Shown here: piece after piece, positions 1 through 20,476 of the stretch
Position numbering within the stretch: the stretch's first letter is position 1
Layout of the letters: each line of letters opens with the position of its first letter
Source of the DNA: the human T2T-CHM13v2.0 reference genome, Homo sapiens
DNA length: 64,000 nucleotides
NCBI RefSeq assembly: GCF_009914755.1
Contig: NC_060947.1
Direction: 5' to 3' (one strand)
Notes under the pieces: model-generated
Seen by the model: the letters and a program-made list of their open reading frames with translations, nothing else
Database searches by the model: none
What the model was told of the DNA's origin: nothing
Made by a program: the position numbers and the translations under genes

Positions 1-1875
<1,875 letters not shown>

Positions 1876-2369
1876 TAGTTCTTTATATGCCTAGCAATTT
1901 TCTGCTATATCCTGGATACAATGAATGTTAAATTATGAAGATTTGGGATTCTCTTATTTTTCTCTGATGAACGTTGTTTCTTTTGTTTTAGCAGGTGATT
2001 TTTTTCGGTGGGAGGTGGGGCTGGGCTTGAACTTCAAAAGTTACTTTTTGGGCAGCATCTCCATTATCTGTTCAGATTGACTTTAAATATGTCTGTGTGC
2101 AGGAATTACCCATGAGTTGTCAGTTTGCAACCTCTATATTAGAATGTTATGGTCTTTAATTGAGATGCCTTTAGTCTGTTCTATAAATGCCTGATTCAGA
2201 GATCACTAAAAAATGTGGGTAGACAGAATTTGGATATGTATTCTCTGGTTCTTTCTCAGGTAGGATTCTCCCCATGGCTTCAGCATTCAGTTTATTGGAT
2301 TCAATTTTTTGGTTTCACAAATCAGAAGACAAATCCCAGCCAATTCATATACCAAACCTGAGCCACACA

Positions 2370-2430
2370 GAATTTACCCATGTAACAAACCTGCACATGG
2401 ACTGCCTGAACTTAAAATAAAAGTAGGGAA
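2370..2430 (+). mobile_element. Short L1P 3'-end fragment
   Basis: aatttacccatgtaacaaacctgcacatg...aacttaaaataaaagt matches the L1 3' terminus. Confidence 0.6.
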
Positions 2431-3249
2431 AAAAAGTAGGGAACAAACTACCAAAATAAAATAAAACATTCAGAACACACGCAAGAAGGAAAGTGATCAC
2501 ATCTGTCATGCATCAACTTATGTTTTCCCTTTGAAACTTTGCATACATTGATTACAGAGCATACCTATCTGGTTGGCTCAGGAGAGGAAGGTTGGGCTGA
2601 ATTAGTCTTTTCCAGACAGAGGCATGAAAGTCTCTTTCTCTCTTGTGAAGCAGACATCAACCCAACTGCATATGAGAAGAGGGCATAGAGGGAGCCAAGT
2701 TGGGGAGATCTGACTGTCTTCTCCTGTTCTGGCCTATGATCTTTACCTCACACGTTTACCCACTGGTAATCTCTATTATGGAATAGGAACCATAGCATGG
2801 CACAGATAGCAATCCTTGTGCACCAGGAACTAATTCAAGTGGATCAGAAAAGCCCAGGGATATGGGGATTGTGCTAAAAGGAGCAGCGGTGGCATTCCTG
2901 AACACTGAGAAGAGTGTTTCCAACATCTGAAGAGATGCTACATTTTCCAGCCTACTAGGCTGAAAGATAAAAACAACTTTTGTTGACTCCTCTGAAAACT
3001 TGAGAATTTAACTGAAATATGTAAATGAAATTTTGAATACATATGAAATGTGAAGCCTTCTGATATTTGGTCCATAAATTATGTTTCACCAGAGTTTAGA
3101 TCATAAAATTTTTCCATTGCAGACAAACTACTGGTCTTTCTGTTCCTATACATTATAAACCCAAGATGTGTCATATTATGTAATGAAAACCAAATAGAAA
3201 TTTGTTCTTTAAGGAATTTCATAATAAAAAACAAAACAAAACAAACAAA

Positions 3250-3400
3250 CAAATGAGCCAAGCATGGTGTGCACACCTGTATTCCTGGCTACTTGAGAGG
3301 CTGAGGTGGGATAATTGCTTGAGCCCAAGAGCTATGATCATGCCACTGGACTCCAGCCTTGGTGACAGAGCAAGACCCCATCTCTGAAAGAAAAAAAAAG
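3250..3400 (+). mobile_element. Alu right-arm monomer (FRAM/AluJ-like) with internal deletion
   Basis: gaggctgaggtggg...ccactggactccagcc...gacagagcaagacccc followed by an A tail. Confidence 0.75.
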
Positions 3401-4869
3401 TATAATGAACACATGAGTCCCTCTATTCAGCATAAAAAAATTACCATAACTTCCCAATTATGTTCCGTTTTTCTTTTTTTTTTTTACTGGAATATTTCTA
3501 GAGAAATCCAAGCTATCGTATCACTTTATTCTAAATACTTTAGACTCCTATATGTGTCTATAACCAATAAACATTTTTTCTTGTTTATCTTACTATTTAT
3601 CCATTATTACAAATAAATAAATTAATAATTATTCCCTGTCATCATTTAATATCTGTTCTATATTCTAAGTTTCCTACACTGTATCAAAAATAGCTTTTAA
3701 TTGTTGTGTTTGTTTCAGGATCCAAACAAAGTCCACTTCTGACTTTCAGAGATTCTACCACAAAAATATCTTATTTCTACAATTGCCACCTTCCCTCACC
3801 TAGTTTTCATATCATTTCATTAAGGTATTGGAGAAATTAGATCAATTGACTTGTAGAATGTCCTACACTGTTGACTTGGTATCATCTAACTTGTTTCTGT
3901 ATCCGCCATATTTCCTATTAAACTGAAAGTCAGATCCAGAGGCTTGCTTAAATTCAGCTTGAATTCCTTGGGCATGATGCTTCAGAGGGAGTGCTGTGTA
4001 TTTCCTCTGCGTTGTGCTGTGATATCTCGTCGTCCCCTGTTAATGATGGTCATTAAGATTGATGAGTGAGTTCCTGTGTTATCAGTCCAATTCATCCATT
4101 GCGTAATCCCCATAGCCTTTCTCCTAATGGTTTTAGCATCCACTGATGATTGTTACCAAGATCCATTATCTCACTAGATGTTGCAAAATGAAACATAATA
4201 AAACAAAACAAAATGATTTCTTAATTCTGTCATTCTTCTTCTTTTAAAAGCTTGTATTTGTCTACAAAGAAGGAATTTCTCCAGTCAACTATTTGTGTTC
4301 CCTGAAATAAGGTTTATTCAGAAAAAAAAAGTGTTTTTTTGAATATCAATTTTCAGAATAAAAGATTGGTAGTCGAGTCAGAAAAATCTAAGTGTGGAGT
4401 GCACTTAGCTGCTGACTAACAATTGCAGAGATGGGAATGTACTTATCTACCTTCCACCAAGTAAACGTGTACTTCCCATCCAACAGACACTTCTGACCAC
4501 TCTCCACTACATTCAAGTATTCACTTTTTGTTTCATGCCTGAGTTTTATATTTGTTTTCTTCAGTGGGATGGAGGAGAGAGTTGTCAGGTAGGGTAATAA
4601 TATACCATACCTAGAACTGAAATTCTCTGTAGTTTAAATTTTTTAAATGAATACTTCCAAACATAAACAAAAATAGAAAATTGTACAATGGACCCACATA
4701 TACCAATCACCAGACTCAGTCATTATCAAGATTTGCCTCACTTGCCACATCTATCTCTTTTTGTTCTTTCTCATTTTTCATAAGTATTTAAGACAAGTCT
4801 CAGACATCACATAATTTCACCTCTACATACAATCATGGATACTCTGTTACATAACCCTTATTTATGGTT

Positions 4870-5555
4870 AGTGAGAATGTGAATGAGTACAGTCATTATG
4901 GAAAACAGTATGGAAGGCTCTCTAAAACTAAAAATAGAATTACCATACAATACAGTACTTCACCCACATTTGTTGCAGCAGTATTCCCATGGCCAAGATA
5001 TGGAATTAATTTAAGTGTCCATCAATATATGAATGGATAAAGAAAATTTTGTATACATACTCTGTAATCTATTCAGCCATTAGAAAACAATGAAATCCTG
5101 TCATTTGCAGCAATATTGATGGAACTAGAGGTCATTATGTTAAGTAAAATAAGCCAGGAATAAAAAGACAAATATCACACATTTGCACTCATATGTGGGA
5201 GCTAGAAAAGTTGATCTCATGGAGTTAGAATGTAGAGTGATAGTTGTCACAGGCTGGGAAGGGTAGGGTAGATGAAAAAAGGTTGGTTAATGGGTACAAA
5301 CATACAGTTAGATAAAAGGAATACATTCCAACTTTTAACAGCACAGCAGGATTACTATCATTGATAATAATTTATTGTATATTTCAAAACAGCTAGAAGA
5401 GAAGATTTAAGTGTTCCCAACACAAAAAAATGATAAATGTTTGAGGTGATGGATAGCATAAATACCCTGATTTGATCATTACATATTGTATGCATGTATC
5501 AAAATATCACATATACCTCACAAATATGTATTATTATTTTGTATCAATAAATAAT
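4870..5555 (+). mobile_element. L1MA 3' end (ORF2 end plus 3'UTR)
   Basis: tatggaaaacagtatgga...gaaatcctgtcatttgcagcaa...accctgatttgatcattaca...tatcaataaataa. Confidence 0.8.
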
Positions 5556-5943
5556 CTAATATCTTGTCTACAAGTAAATATTCCTGGTTATTTAAAAATG
5601 TGTGCTCTAATTAGGATTGAAACAAAATTTATAAATTCCACTTAATTGATACCTCTTTGGTCTTTGTGAATCTAGAACAGTATCTTCTCTCACTTTTATT
5701 TTCCCTGCCATTGACTAGTTAGAGAAACCACAACAGTTGTTCTTATGGAATATCCCACTTTCTGGATTTGTCTATGTCCTTCTTAGTTTCTCTGTCTTCC
5801 TTATTTTTATAAATGAAAGTTAACTCTGGGGACTTAATTACACTCAGCTTCAACTTCCTGGGAACAGTACTTCACAGATGGTGCTGTGTGCCTGACGTCA
5901 CAATGTCTGGATAACCTAACAATTTTTACATTTCACTCTAAAT

Positions 5944-8508
5944 AAGAAGTCACAAACTGACAACACATAGCCAAATCTTTCACATAAACACATTTGAATT
6001 TAAGTGTCAGTTGTTAATTCTTGTTTTTCTTGCACAATTGTTTTTCCTATAGTAATTGAAAGGAAAATAAAAAATAATAACTTTCTGTAGCTGTATCTCA
6101 GTCAAAAGCAGGAAAATGGAAGATCACTTTCATAGTAGTCCAGTTTCATGCTGCTGATAAAGACATACCCGAGACTGGGAAGAAAAAGAGGTTTAATTGG
6201 ACTTACAGTTCCACATGGCTGGGGAAGCCTCAGAATCATGGTGAGAGGCAAAAGGCACTTCTTACATGGTAGCAGCAAGAGAAAATGAGAGGAATGCAAA
6301 TGCAGAAACCCCTGAAAAAACCATCAGATTTCAAGAGACTTATTCACTACCATGAGAATAGTATGAGAGAAACTGCCCCCATGATTCAAATTATCTCCTG
6401 CCAGGCCCCTCCCATAACACATGACAATTATGGGAGTACAATTCAAGATGAGATTTGAGTGGGGACACAGAGCCAAACCATATCATTCCAACCCTGGCCC
6501 CTCCAAATCTCATGTCCTTACGTTACAAAAGCAATCATGCTTTCCCAACAGTGCCCTAAAGTCTTATTTCAGCATTAACCCAAAAGTCCACAGTCCAAAG
6601 TCTCATCTGAAACAAGGCAAGTCACTTCCACCTATGAGCCTGTAAAATCAAAAGCAAGCTAGCTACCTCCTAGATACAATGGGGGTACTGGCATTAGGTA
6701 AATAAAGCCATTCCAAAGGGGAGAAATTGGCCAAAACAATGGGTTTACAGGGCTCACGGAAGTCCAAAATCCAGTGGGGCAGTCAAATTTTAAAGCTCCA
6801 AAATGATCTCCTTTGACACCAGGTCTCATGTCCAGGTCACGCTGATGTAAGAAGTGGATTCCCATGGTCTTGGGCAGCTCTGCCCCTGTGGCTTTGCAGA
6901 GTATATCCCCCCTCCTGGCTGCTTTCATGGGCTGGTGTTGATTGTCTGAGGCTTTTTCAGGTGCACAGTGCAAGCTGTCGATGGATCTACCATTCTGGGT
7001 CTGGAGGATGGTGGCCCTCTTCTCACAGCTTCGCTAAGTGGAGCTCCAATAGGGGCACTGTGTCAGGGCTCTGATCCCACATTTCCCTTCTGCACTGCCC
7101 TAGCAGAGGTTCTCCATGAGGGCTCCGCCCCTGCAGCAAACTTTTGCCTGGGCATCCAGGCATTTCCATACATCTTCTGAATTCCAGGCGGAGGTTCCCA
7201 AACCTCAATTCTTGACTTCTGTGCACCCATAGACTCAACACCACATGGACACTGCCACGGTTTGGGGCTTCCACCCTCTGAAGCAACAGACCTAGCTGTA
7301 CCTTGGCCCCTTTTCGTCATGGCTGGAGTGACCGGGACACAGGACACCAAGTTGCTAGACTGCACACAGCATGGGGACTCTGGGCCTGGCCCATGAAACC
7401 ATTTTCTCCTAGGTCTCCAGGCCTGTGATGGGAGGGGCTGCCATGAAGATCTCTGACATGCCCTAGAGACATTTTCCCCATTGACTTGGGGATTAACATT
7501 TGGCTCCTCATGACATGCAAATTTCTGCAGCCAGCTTGAATTTCTTTTCAGAAAATGGGTTTTTATTTTCTATCACATTGTCAGGCTGCAAATTTTCTGA
7601 ACTTTTATGCTCTGCTTCCCTTTTAAAACTGAATGCCTTTAACAGCACCTAAGTCACCTCTTGAATGCATTGCTGCTTAGAAATTTCTTCTGCCAGACAC
7701 CCTAAATCATCTCTCTCAAGTTCAAAGTTCCACAAATCTCTAGGGCAGAGGCAAAAAGCCACCAGTCTCCTTGCTAAAACATAACAAGAGTCACCTTTGT
7801 TCCAGTTCCCAACAAGTTCCTCATCTCCATCTGAGACACCTCAACCTGGACCTTTTTGCCCATATTGCTACAGGATTTTGGGCAAAGCTATTCAACAAGT
7901 CTCTATAGACATTCCAAACTTTCCCACATTTTCCTGTCTTCTTCTGAGCCCTCCAAACTGTTTCAACCTCTGCTTGCTACCCAGTTTCAAAGTCACTTCC
8001 ACATTCTTGGATGTCTTTTCAGCAGCGCCCCACTCTACTAATACAAATTTACTCTATTAGTCCATTTTCACACTGCTGATAAAGACATATCCAAGACTGG
8101 GAAGAAAAAGAGGTTTCATTGGACTTACAGTTCCACATGACTGGAGAGGCCTCAGAATCATGGCAGAAAGTGAAAGGCACTTCTTACATGGTGGTGGCAA
8201 GAGAAAACAAGAGGAATTCATAAGCAGAAACCCCTGAAAAACCATCAAACATCATGAGACTTATTCACTACCATGAGAACAGTATGGGGGAAACTGCCCC
8301 CGTGATTCAAATGATCTCCCACTAGATCCCTCCCACAACATGTGGAAATTATGGGATTACAATTCAAGATGAGATTTGGGTGGGGACACAGAGCCAAACC
8401 ATATCAAGTATTGTTTCCCATGTCAAGATATTTCTTCTTACATCAGACAACTTCACTCATTTATATTACCTGCCAGGTACCTGTGAGAACATGAGTTTGT
8501 GACTTCTG
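5944..8508 (-). mobile_element. MER102-like hAT MITE split by the THE1A insertion
   Basis: Perfect 14-bp inverted ends agaagtcacaaact (5945-5958) and agtttgtgacttct (8494-8507). Degenerate 8-bp TSD ctctaaat/ctgtatat. The minus strand at 8440-8508 matches the remembered MER102 start. Confidence 0.65.
6131..8406 (-). mobile_element. Complete THE1A MaLR element (LTR 6131-6485, internal 6486-8052, LTR 8053-8406)
   Basis: Two ~355-bp direct LTRs ending ...agccaaaccatatca, with THE1A-type motifs (gaaacccctga, tgggagtacaattc), around a THE1-int region. Confidence 0.92.
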
Positions 8509-8641
8509 CTGTATATATATAGATATATTCTCCAACCTATCATAGCAGGTATACCAGAAATCTGATCACTAGTGTTAAACCCACCCTTGGTAGTCAATTC
8601 TCATTTACCCAATCAACATGCAATTACTTTTGATGTGTTGA

Positions 8642-9000
<359 letters not shown>

Positions 9001-9024
9001 GTTTTTGTCTTTTTTTTCTTCCCA

Positions 9025-9137
9025 AATAACTTTTATGTTAAGAGGTACATGTGCAGGTTTGTTATACAGGTAAATTCAGTGTTACAGGGTCTTAGGAGTA
9101 CACATTATTTCATCACCAGGTAATAAGCAGGGTACCC
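9025..9137 (-). mobile_element. L1PA15-like 3' terminus, interrupted by THE1D
   Basis: ggtacatgtgcaggtttgttata...attatttcatcaccaggtaataagc...gtaccc. Confidence 0.7.
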
Positions 9138-12551
<3,414 letters not shown>

Positions 12552-14830
12552 TTAAAATAAACTGCCAAAAAAAAATCCAGGACCAGATGCATTCCCAGCT
12601 GCAGTCTATCAGACATTCAATTAAAGATTGGTACCAATAGTACTGAAACCATTTCAAAAGATACAGATTTACGGAGTTCTCTCCAAATCATTCTATGAAG
12701 CCAGTTATCACCCTAATACCAAAACCAGGAAAGACATAACAAAGAAAGGAAACTATAGACCAATATCTCTGATAAACATAGATGCAGAAATCCTCAACAA
12801 AATACTAGCTAACTGATTCCAACAGCGTATCCAAAATATATTCCACCATAATCAAGTGGGTTTTACACTAGGGATGCAGGAATGGTTTAAAATACAAAAG
12901 CCAGTAAATGTGATAAACCACATAGACAGAGTTAAAACAAATATCATATAATCATCTCAACATATGCAGAAAATGCATCTGACAAAATCCAGCATCGCTT
13001 TATGCTTAAAACCCTCAGCAAAATTGGCATAGAAGGGACATACCTTAAAGTAATAAAAGCCACCTGTGGTAAAGCCACCTTTGGTAAACCCACAGCCAAC
13101 ATTATACTGAATGGGGAAAAGTTGAAAGCATCCCCTGTGAGAACTGGAACAAGACAAGAATGCCCACTTTCACCACTTATATTTAACATAGTACTGGGAT
13201 TCCTCAGACAAAAGAAAGAAATAAAGGGCATCCAAAATGGTAAAGAGATAAACTGTCACTGTTTGCTGATGATATGATCATATACCTGAAAAACCCTAAA
13301 GACTCATCCAAAAAGCTTCTAGGTGTGATAAATGAATTCAATAAAGTTTCAGGATACAAAATCAATGTACACAAATTACTAGCACTGCTATACACCAATA
13401 GCGACCAAGCCGAGAATCAAATCAAGAACTAACTCCCTTTTACAATAGCTGCAAAAAATATATAAAATACTTAGGAATACACCTAGCCAAGGAGGTGAAA
13501 GATTTCTGCAAGGAAAACTGCAAAACACTGCTGAAAGAAATCATAGATGACATAAACAAATGGAAACACATCCCATGCTCATGAATGGGCAGAATCAATG
13601 CTGTGAAAATAACTATACTGCCAAAAGCAATCTATAAACTTAATGCAATTTCCATCAAAATACCATCATCATTCTTCACAGAACTAGAAAAAAATCCTAA
13701 AATACGTATGGAACCAAAAAAAGAGCCTGCATAGCCAAAGCAAGGCTAAGCACTGAGAACAAATCTGGAGGCATCACATTACCTGACTTCAAACTATGCT
13801 ACAAAGCTCTAGTCACCAAAAAACATGGTATTGGTATAAAAATAGGCACATAGACCAATGGAACAGAACAGAGAATCCAGAAATAAAGCCAAATACTTAC
13901 AGACAACTGATCTTTGACAAAGCAAACCAAAGCATAAAGTGGGAAAAGGACTACCCTTCCAACAAATGATGCTGGGATAATTGGCAAGCCACATGTAGGA
14001 GAATGAAACTGCAGGGTCATCTCTCACCTTATTAAAAACAACAACTCAAGATGTATTAAAGACTCAAATCTGCGACCTCAAACCATCTAAATTCTAGAAT
14101 ATAACATAGAAAAAACTCTTCTAGACATTCGTTTAGGCAGAGAGTTCATGACCAAGAACCCAAAAGCAAATGCAACCAAAACAAAGATAAATAGATAAGA
14201 CCTTATTAAATTAAAAAGCTTCTTCACAGCAAAAGAAATAATCAACAGAGTAAACAGACAACCCACAGAGTGGGAGAAATTATTCACAAAGTATGCATCT
14301 GACAAAGGACTAATAATATCCAGAATCTACAAGGAAGTCAAATGAGCAAGAAAAATAATAATCACATCAAAAAGTGGGCTGAGGACATGAATAGACAATT
14401 CTCAAAAGAGGATATACAAATGGCCAACAAAGATATAAAAAATGCTTAACATTACTAATGATCAGGAAAATGCACATCAGAACCACAATGTGATACCACC
14501 TTACTCCTGTAAGAATGGCCATAATTGAAAAATAAAAAAAAATAGATGTTGGTATGGATGTGGTGAAAAGGGAACACTTTTACACTGCTGATGGGAATGT
14601 AAACTAGTGCAACCACTATGGAAAACAGTATCAACATTCCTTAAAGAACTAAAAGTAGATCTACAGTTTGATCCAGCAATCCCACTACTGGGTATCTACC
14701 CAGAGAAAAAGAAGCCATTATATGAAAAAGCCACTTGCACGTGCATGTTTATAGTAGCACAATTTGCAATTGCAAAAATTCGGAACCAGCCCAAATTCCC
14801 GTCATTCAATGAGTGGATAAAGAAATTGTG

Positions 14831-14944
14831 ATATATATATATATACAATACTATATATATATATGTATATACACACACCATACTATATATATATACACAC
14901 ACACACACATACACCATACCATATACATATATATACACCATACC

Positions 14945-14985
<41 letters not shown>
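14831..14985. repeat. Compound (TA)n/(CA)n microsatellite
   Basis: Repeated tatatatacacac..ccata units inside the L1PB. Confidence 0.9.
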
Positions 14986-14986
<1 letters not shown>

Positions 14987-15200
14987 CATGGAATACTACT
15001 CAGCCATAAAGAGGAAAGAAATAATAGCATTCACAGCAACCTGGATGGGGTTGGAGACCATTATTCTAAGTGAAGTAACTCAGATTGGAAAACCAAATAT
15101 TGTATGTTCTCACTTATAGATGGGAGCTAAGCTATGAGGACGCAAAGGCATAAGAATAATGCAATAGATGTTGGGGACTTGGGGGAAAGTGTGGAAGGGG

Positions 15201-15591
15201 TGTATTAGTCTGTTCTCACACTGCTATAAAGAACTGCCTGAGACTGGGTAATTTATAAAGAAAAGAAGTTTAATTGACTCTCAGTTCCACATGACTGGGG
15301 AGGCCTCAGGAAACTTACAATCAGGGTGGAAGGGGAAGCAGGCACATCTTATGTGGCAGCAGGCAAGAGAGAGAGAGAGAGTATGTGAGAGAGAGCAGGG
15401 AAAACTGCCTTATAAACCATCAGATCTCCTGAGAACTTACTTGCGATCATGAGAACAGCATTGGGGAAACTGCCCTTATGATTCAATCAACCCCCTCCCT
15501 GGACACATGGGGATTACAAGTCCCTTGCTCAACATCTGGGGATTACAATTTGAAATGAGATTTGGGTGGGGACACAGACCCAAGACAATCA
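15201..15591 (-). mobile_element. MSTA-type solo LTR
   Basis: tgtattagtc...acaatca with perfect 5-bp TSD agggg at 15196-15200 and 15592-15596. Confidence 0.88.
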
Positions 15592-15749
15592 AGGGGGCCG
15601 AGGGATAAAATGCTACACATTGGGTACAGTGTACACTGCTTGGGTGATGGGTACACCAAAGTCTCAGAAATCACCACTAAAGAATTATCTATGTAACCAA
15701 ACACCGCCTATTCTTCAAAAATGATAGAAATAATATTTTTTAAAAATTA

Positions 15750-16085
<336 letters not shown>

Positions 16086-16092
16086 TCATTCA

Positions 16093-16775
16093 ATAAACTT
16101 GTGATTGCATTTTGAATTTATTGTATTGAGTTTTTCAGCTCTGTCAGATCAGTTTGGCTCATTCTCAAAATGGCTATTTCATCTTTCAGCTCCTGTATCA
16201 TTTTATTGGATTCCTTAGAATTCTTGTATTGGGTTTTGACTTTCTCCTAACTCTCGATGATCTTTGTTCCTATGCAGATTGTAAGTTCTATGTCTTTCAT
16301 TTCAGCCATTTCGGCCTGGTTAAGAACTATTGTTGGGGACCAATGTGGTCATTTGGAGGTAAGAAGACACTCTGGATTTTTGAGTTGCCAGAGGTCTTGT
16401 GCTGGATCATTGTCATCTGTGTGGGGTGATGTTCCTTTAATCTTTGAAGGTGCTCTCCTTTGGATGGTGTTTTTTGGTTTTATCTTCTTTGCTGCCCTTG
16501 AGGGTTTGATTGTGGTATAAGGTGGATTCAGTCAACTGGCTTTATTTTTTTTTTGAAGATTTCAGGGGCCCAAGGCCCAGCTCAGCAGTCCTGGCCTTCA
16601 TGTTGTAACCCTGGGCAGGTTACAAGTGGGCCCCTGGCTTTGTTCTCTGGCCCCTAAAGATTAGGAACCTGCTGTGCTGGAAGGGCCTAGGTGTTCCTGG
16701 TCCACTGGCAAGAACACTCTGATGGGGTAATGGCAGAGAGTTTCATCCTTGCTTGTGCATATCAGCAGCAGTGGT
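16093..16775 (-). mobile_element. Old L1P ORF1/5'UTR fragment
   Basis: gagtttttcagctctgtcagatcag...acactctggatttttgagttgccagag resembles the antisense of L1P4/L1PB ORF1. Confidence 0.65.
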
Positions 16776-18234
16776 GTTGGCTCTGTTTTCTAAGACATGA
16801 AAAAATTAGGGGGAATTTGTTTAATAATACAACCTTTCTATAATCTTGAAAATTAAAACTAAAATTAACAAAAAGAATTGATAATTTCCAAACTTCTAAA
16901 ATTAGCAAAACTCCTTTAGGAATTTTACCATACATTTTATCACAATGTTTCATAAAGCTAAAGCATTAATGTCTCCCAAATGCAATATTTTAACTTGGAC
17001 TTTTTAAAGAGAAACAACTTTTAAAAAGCCATAAAGACATCATATGAACTCAGCTCTTACAAATGTGGATTGTTGAAGACGATACTTACTTTAAACTCAT
17101 AAGGGATATAAATAAATATAAAACTTTAGTACCCAGGACATGAAAACCAGAATGATGATAAACGTAGGTTCCATATTAAACATCATGTTTCCAGTTCTTT
17201 CAGGAACAATATATTTATCTAGTTTCTAAATTGAGAAAAGGAAGTAAAAAGGAGAGGTGAATTATGAAAAAAGCATGTTATCAGTGTTCTCCTTTAGTTT
17301 GTTTTTGAAAGCTTTTAAACACTGGGTGTGTAAGTTAAAGCTGCTTTTAGCACTTCCTCAACAGATCACCTTAGATTTTGCTAAACTTGGCACCATTATA
17401 GGGGTCATATTTTCACACGGATGCACTCTTCCTGAACAGAATGTATTTGACAGAAACAAGTTTTTCTTTCATTCCAGGCATTTGTGTGTTTGCTTTTTAT
17501 AACAAACAGTAAGACAAAGCTCACCATTTTGGACTCTCTCCCAATATTTCCAATTTAGCTATGAAAACAAGATTTTTATTTCATGGTTTGGAGAAGTGCA
17601 CTTTAAAAGTTAACTCTTTAAGAGCACACAGGATTTTTTCCTCAAAATTCATTTTATATTCTTTGATTTGAATTTTGTTTGCACTTCTTTGGATATCACA
17701 AAGTCTAGCCTCTCATCACATGAGTTGGTAAGGGAGATATTTTCATAAGTAGTCTTTTTTTTAACCTTACATGATTTAACGTTTTACTATAGTTCTTTTT
17801 TTAATATATATTTTTGTTTGAGATGCTAAATCTGGTCTCCATGATCAGATTTGGGAGCAGCCTTTATTTTGTTGTTAGGTTTTTGGCAGAGTCTAGAAGT
17901 CCCCAAGCTGCCAAAGTTTTGTCTGAAAGCCTTTTGAGTTCAGCAGTTTTCATACTCTATCCTGTCATAATGAGCAGCATCTGCCCCCCAAAAAAGGCCA
18001 AGTTATTATGACAGGTTAGAATCTTAATAGTATTAGGAAAAAATCTTGCAAGGTTATATCTAGAATATGTATTCAAATGAACCACAAGCCTAATTCCAGT
18101 GGTTGCAAGGACAGCACGTCATGCAGCCTGTATTCCCAGTCTTCCATAGAAGTCAAAGCATCCAGTGAAAATTCTGACACTGAAAGAATGTCTATTGAAT
18201 TCTTCATTCTGAAGCAGGTTATAAGAAGGAGATT

Positions 18235-18540
18235 TGCTGGGCATGGTGGCTTACACCTGTAATCCCAGCACTTTGGGAGGCCGAGGTGGGTGAATTGCTT
18301 GAGCCCAGGAGTTCAAGACCAGTCTAGGCAACATGGAAAAACGCCGTCTCTACAAAGCATACAAAATTAGCCAGGCACAGTGGTATACACCTGTAGTCCC
18401 AGCCAATTGGGAAGCTGAGGTGGAAGGATCAACTGAGCCCAGCAGTTCAAGACTGTAGTGAGCCATGATCACGCCACCGCACTCCAACCTGGGTGACAGA
18501 ATGAGACCCTGTCTCAAAAAAATAAACAAATAAAAATAAA
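18235..18540 (+). mobile_element. AluJ
   Basis: J-type ttgagcccaggagttcaagacc. Degenerate TSD ataagaaggagatt/ataaaaaggaggct. Confidence 0.9.
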
Positions 18541-19579
18541 AAAGGAGGCTGGCAAGAAGACCTATTTTTAAATGGACACATTTCTTTTAGGAAGAGAAAG
18601 AAATACTATTTTTTACTTGTAAAAGAAAATGGGTAAATTAAAATGTGACTGTACTTGATATTTTCACTGAATGTAATTATCGTCATCATCATCACCATGA
18701 TCTTTGTAAGCCTAAATGACTTATTTGGAAGAGAATGTTAGTATATTTTACATGTCATCTTAGTTCTTTATTGTCATGCTTTCCTTTTTAAAATTTGCTT
18801 TCTTTAGCCTCTGAACCATTCAAATATGCTATTATCATTCTTTTCAGTTCATAGGCCTACATTATTTACTGTTCAAATATAATATAACACTAGAACAGCT
18901 ATTTGTGCTGAAATATATTTCACCATTTTTAATGGGAGAAAAGATTATCAACTTTCCTATAAACAGAGAACTGATATACAGAGGTATTAGTTCATTCCAT
19001 AGCACATAGGAGTGCTACTTGTACACAAAATGAAATATCAGGAAATGTTAATGCATGTACTGTTCTGTGTAACTTCAGACTTCATCACTAAACTAATGAA
19101 AGAGTATCTTGAATAGTCGTTCAAGCTAGATACAAATCAGTTGCTGAAAATAAGAGGACAATAAATGAAATATTAGATAGAGATTTGCAAAAGCACCATA
19201 ATAATTTACATTACTGGAATATGAGTAGAAATGTATTTTTAGTCTCTTATTCTCAAGGTTTGATATGCTAACTATAAAGCAAGGATGACACTTCATGAAC
19301 TGGGGCTTCTTAGTGTTCACAAATGTGTGTGTATGTGTAGCTTTTAATTTTTAGTTTGAATACAAAACTGAACTTTGTTGCACATGTATAAAAACTCTAC
19401 ATTTTTTAGGTCATTCAGCCTGAGGAAAAAGTTATATCAACAGAAGAGCAACAAAACTAAATTTTTCTGACACTTCTTGTATCGCTATTACAGGACCTCT
19501 CTATTTAATTCAAGAAGTTCAGAAAGAAAGGAAAGAGGTGGTGTCTTTTAAATAGAAATGTCTTTTATTTCTATTTTTG

Positions 19580-19975
19580 TCTAGCTAACTCCTATTCATG
19601 TATCAATGCCTAGCTCAAGAGACGGTTTCTTTGGAAAGCCTTTCTTAACCCACATTCTATTTAGGTAGCCCATCTCTACACATTCATAAAACCCTATGCC
19701 TGTTTCCTGCTTTTCACAGTACTGATTATGGAATTATAACCATTGGGTTACTCATTAGCTGTCTTATGATCTTTCTATCATTTCGCTCCTCTATTTCCTC
19801 CTCTCTTCCTTTTTTCTCACTCCTAATCTCACACCCGTACACAAGACCATGAGTTCCTCATGAACAAAGACTGCTTTACTGGGCTTTGAATTTCTAGCAT
19901 TTAGCGCAATGTCTGGTACATAGTAATGACCAACCAATATTTATTGAATTAACATATATAAGTGAATGAATGCTT
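19580..19975 (+). mobile_element. L2 3' fragment
   Basis: agcgcaatgtctggtacatagta...atatttattgaatt...tgaatgaatg. Confidence 0.55.
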
Positions 19976-20060
19976 AGGAACTAGTCATATCAGCTGTGAC
20001 CATTTTTGTCTTTTCCTCTAGATTGGTAGGATAATATACTCTGTTGCAGCTAATGATCAC

Positions 20061-20476
20061 TGTGTTAGTTTGATAGGGCTGCATAACAAAGTACAACAGA
20101 CTGGTTGTTTTTAAAAAATAAATAGAAATTTATTTTCTCACTGCTCTGGAAACTAGAAGTCTGAGATGAAGGTGTTGGCAGGATTGGTTCCTTCTGAAGA
20201 TGGTGTAGAAAGAATCTGTTTCAGACCTCTTTCCTTGTTTTGTAGAAGTCTGTCTTCTCCCTGTGTCATCATCTTCCCTTTGGACATGTCTATGTCCAAA
20301 TTTCCTCTTCTTGCAGTGACATCAGCTATATTGGATTGGGGCCCACCCTAGTGAACCCAATTTTACTTGATTACCTCTTTAAAGAGTCTATCTTCAAATA
20401 CAGTCACATTCTGAGATACTAGGAGTTAGGAGTTCGACATATAAATTTTGGGGAAGACATAATCCAGCTCATAACT
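20061..20476 (-). mobile_element. MLT1A/B-type solo LTR
   Basis: tgtgttagttt...gctgcataacaaagtac...gtcacattctgagatact...cataatccagctcataac. Confidence 0.8.

Noticed and set aside
17820-18230. Stop-poor minus-strand frames as a decayed gene
   Set aside because: No recognisable protein, poly(A) or TSD.
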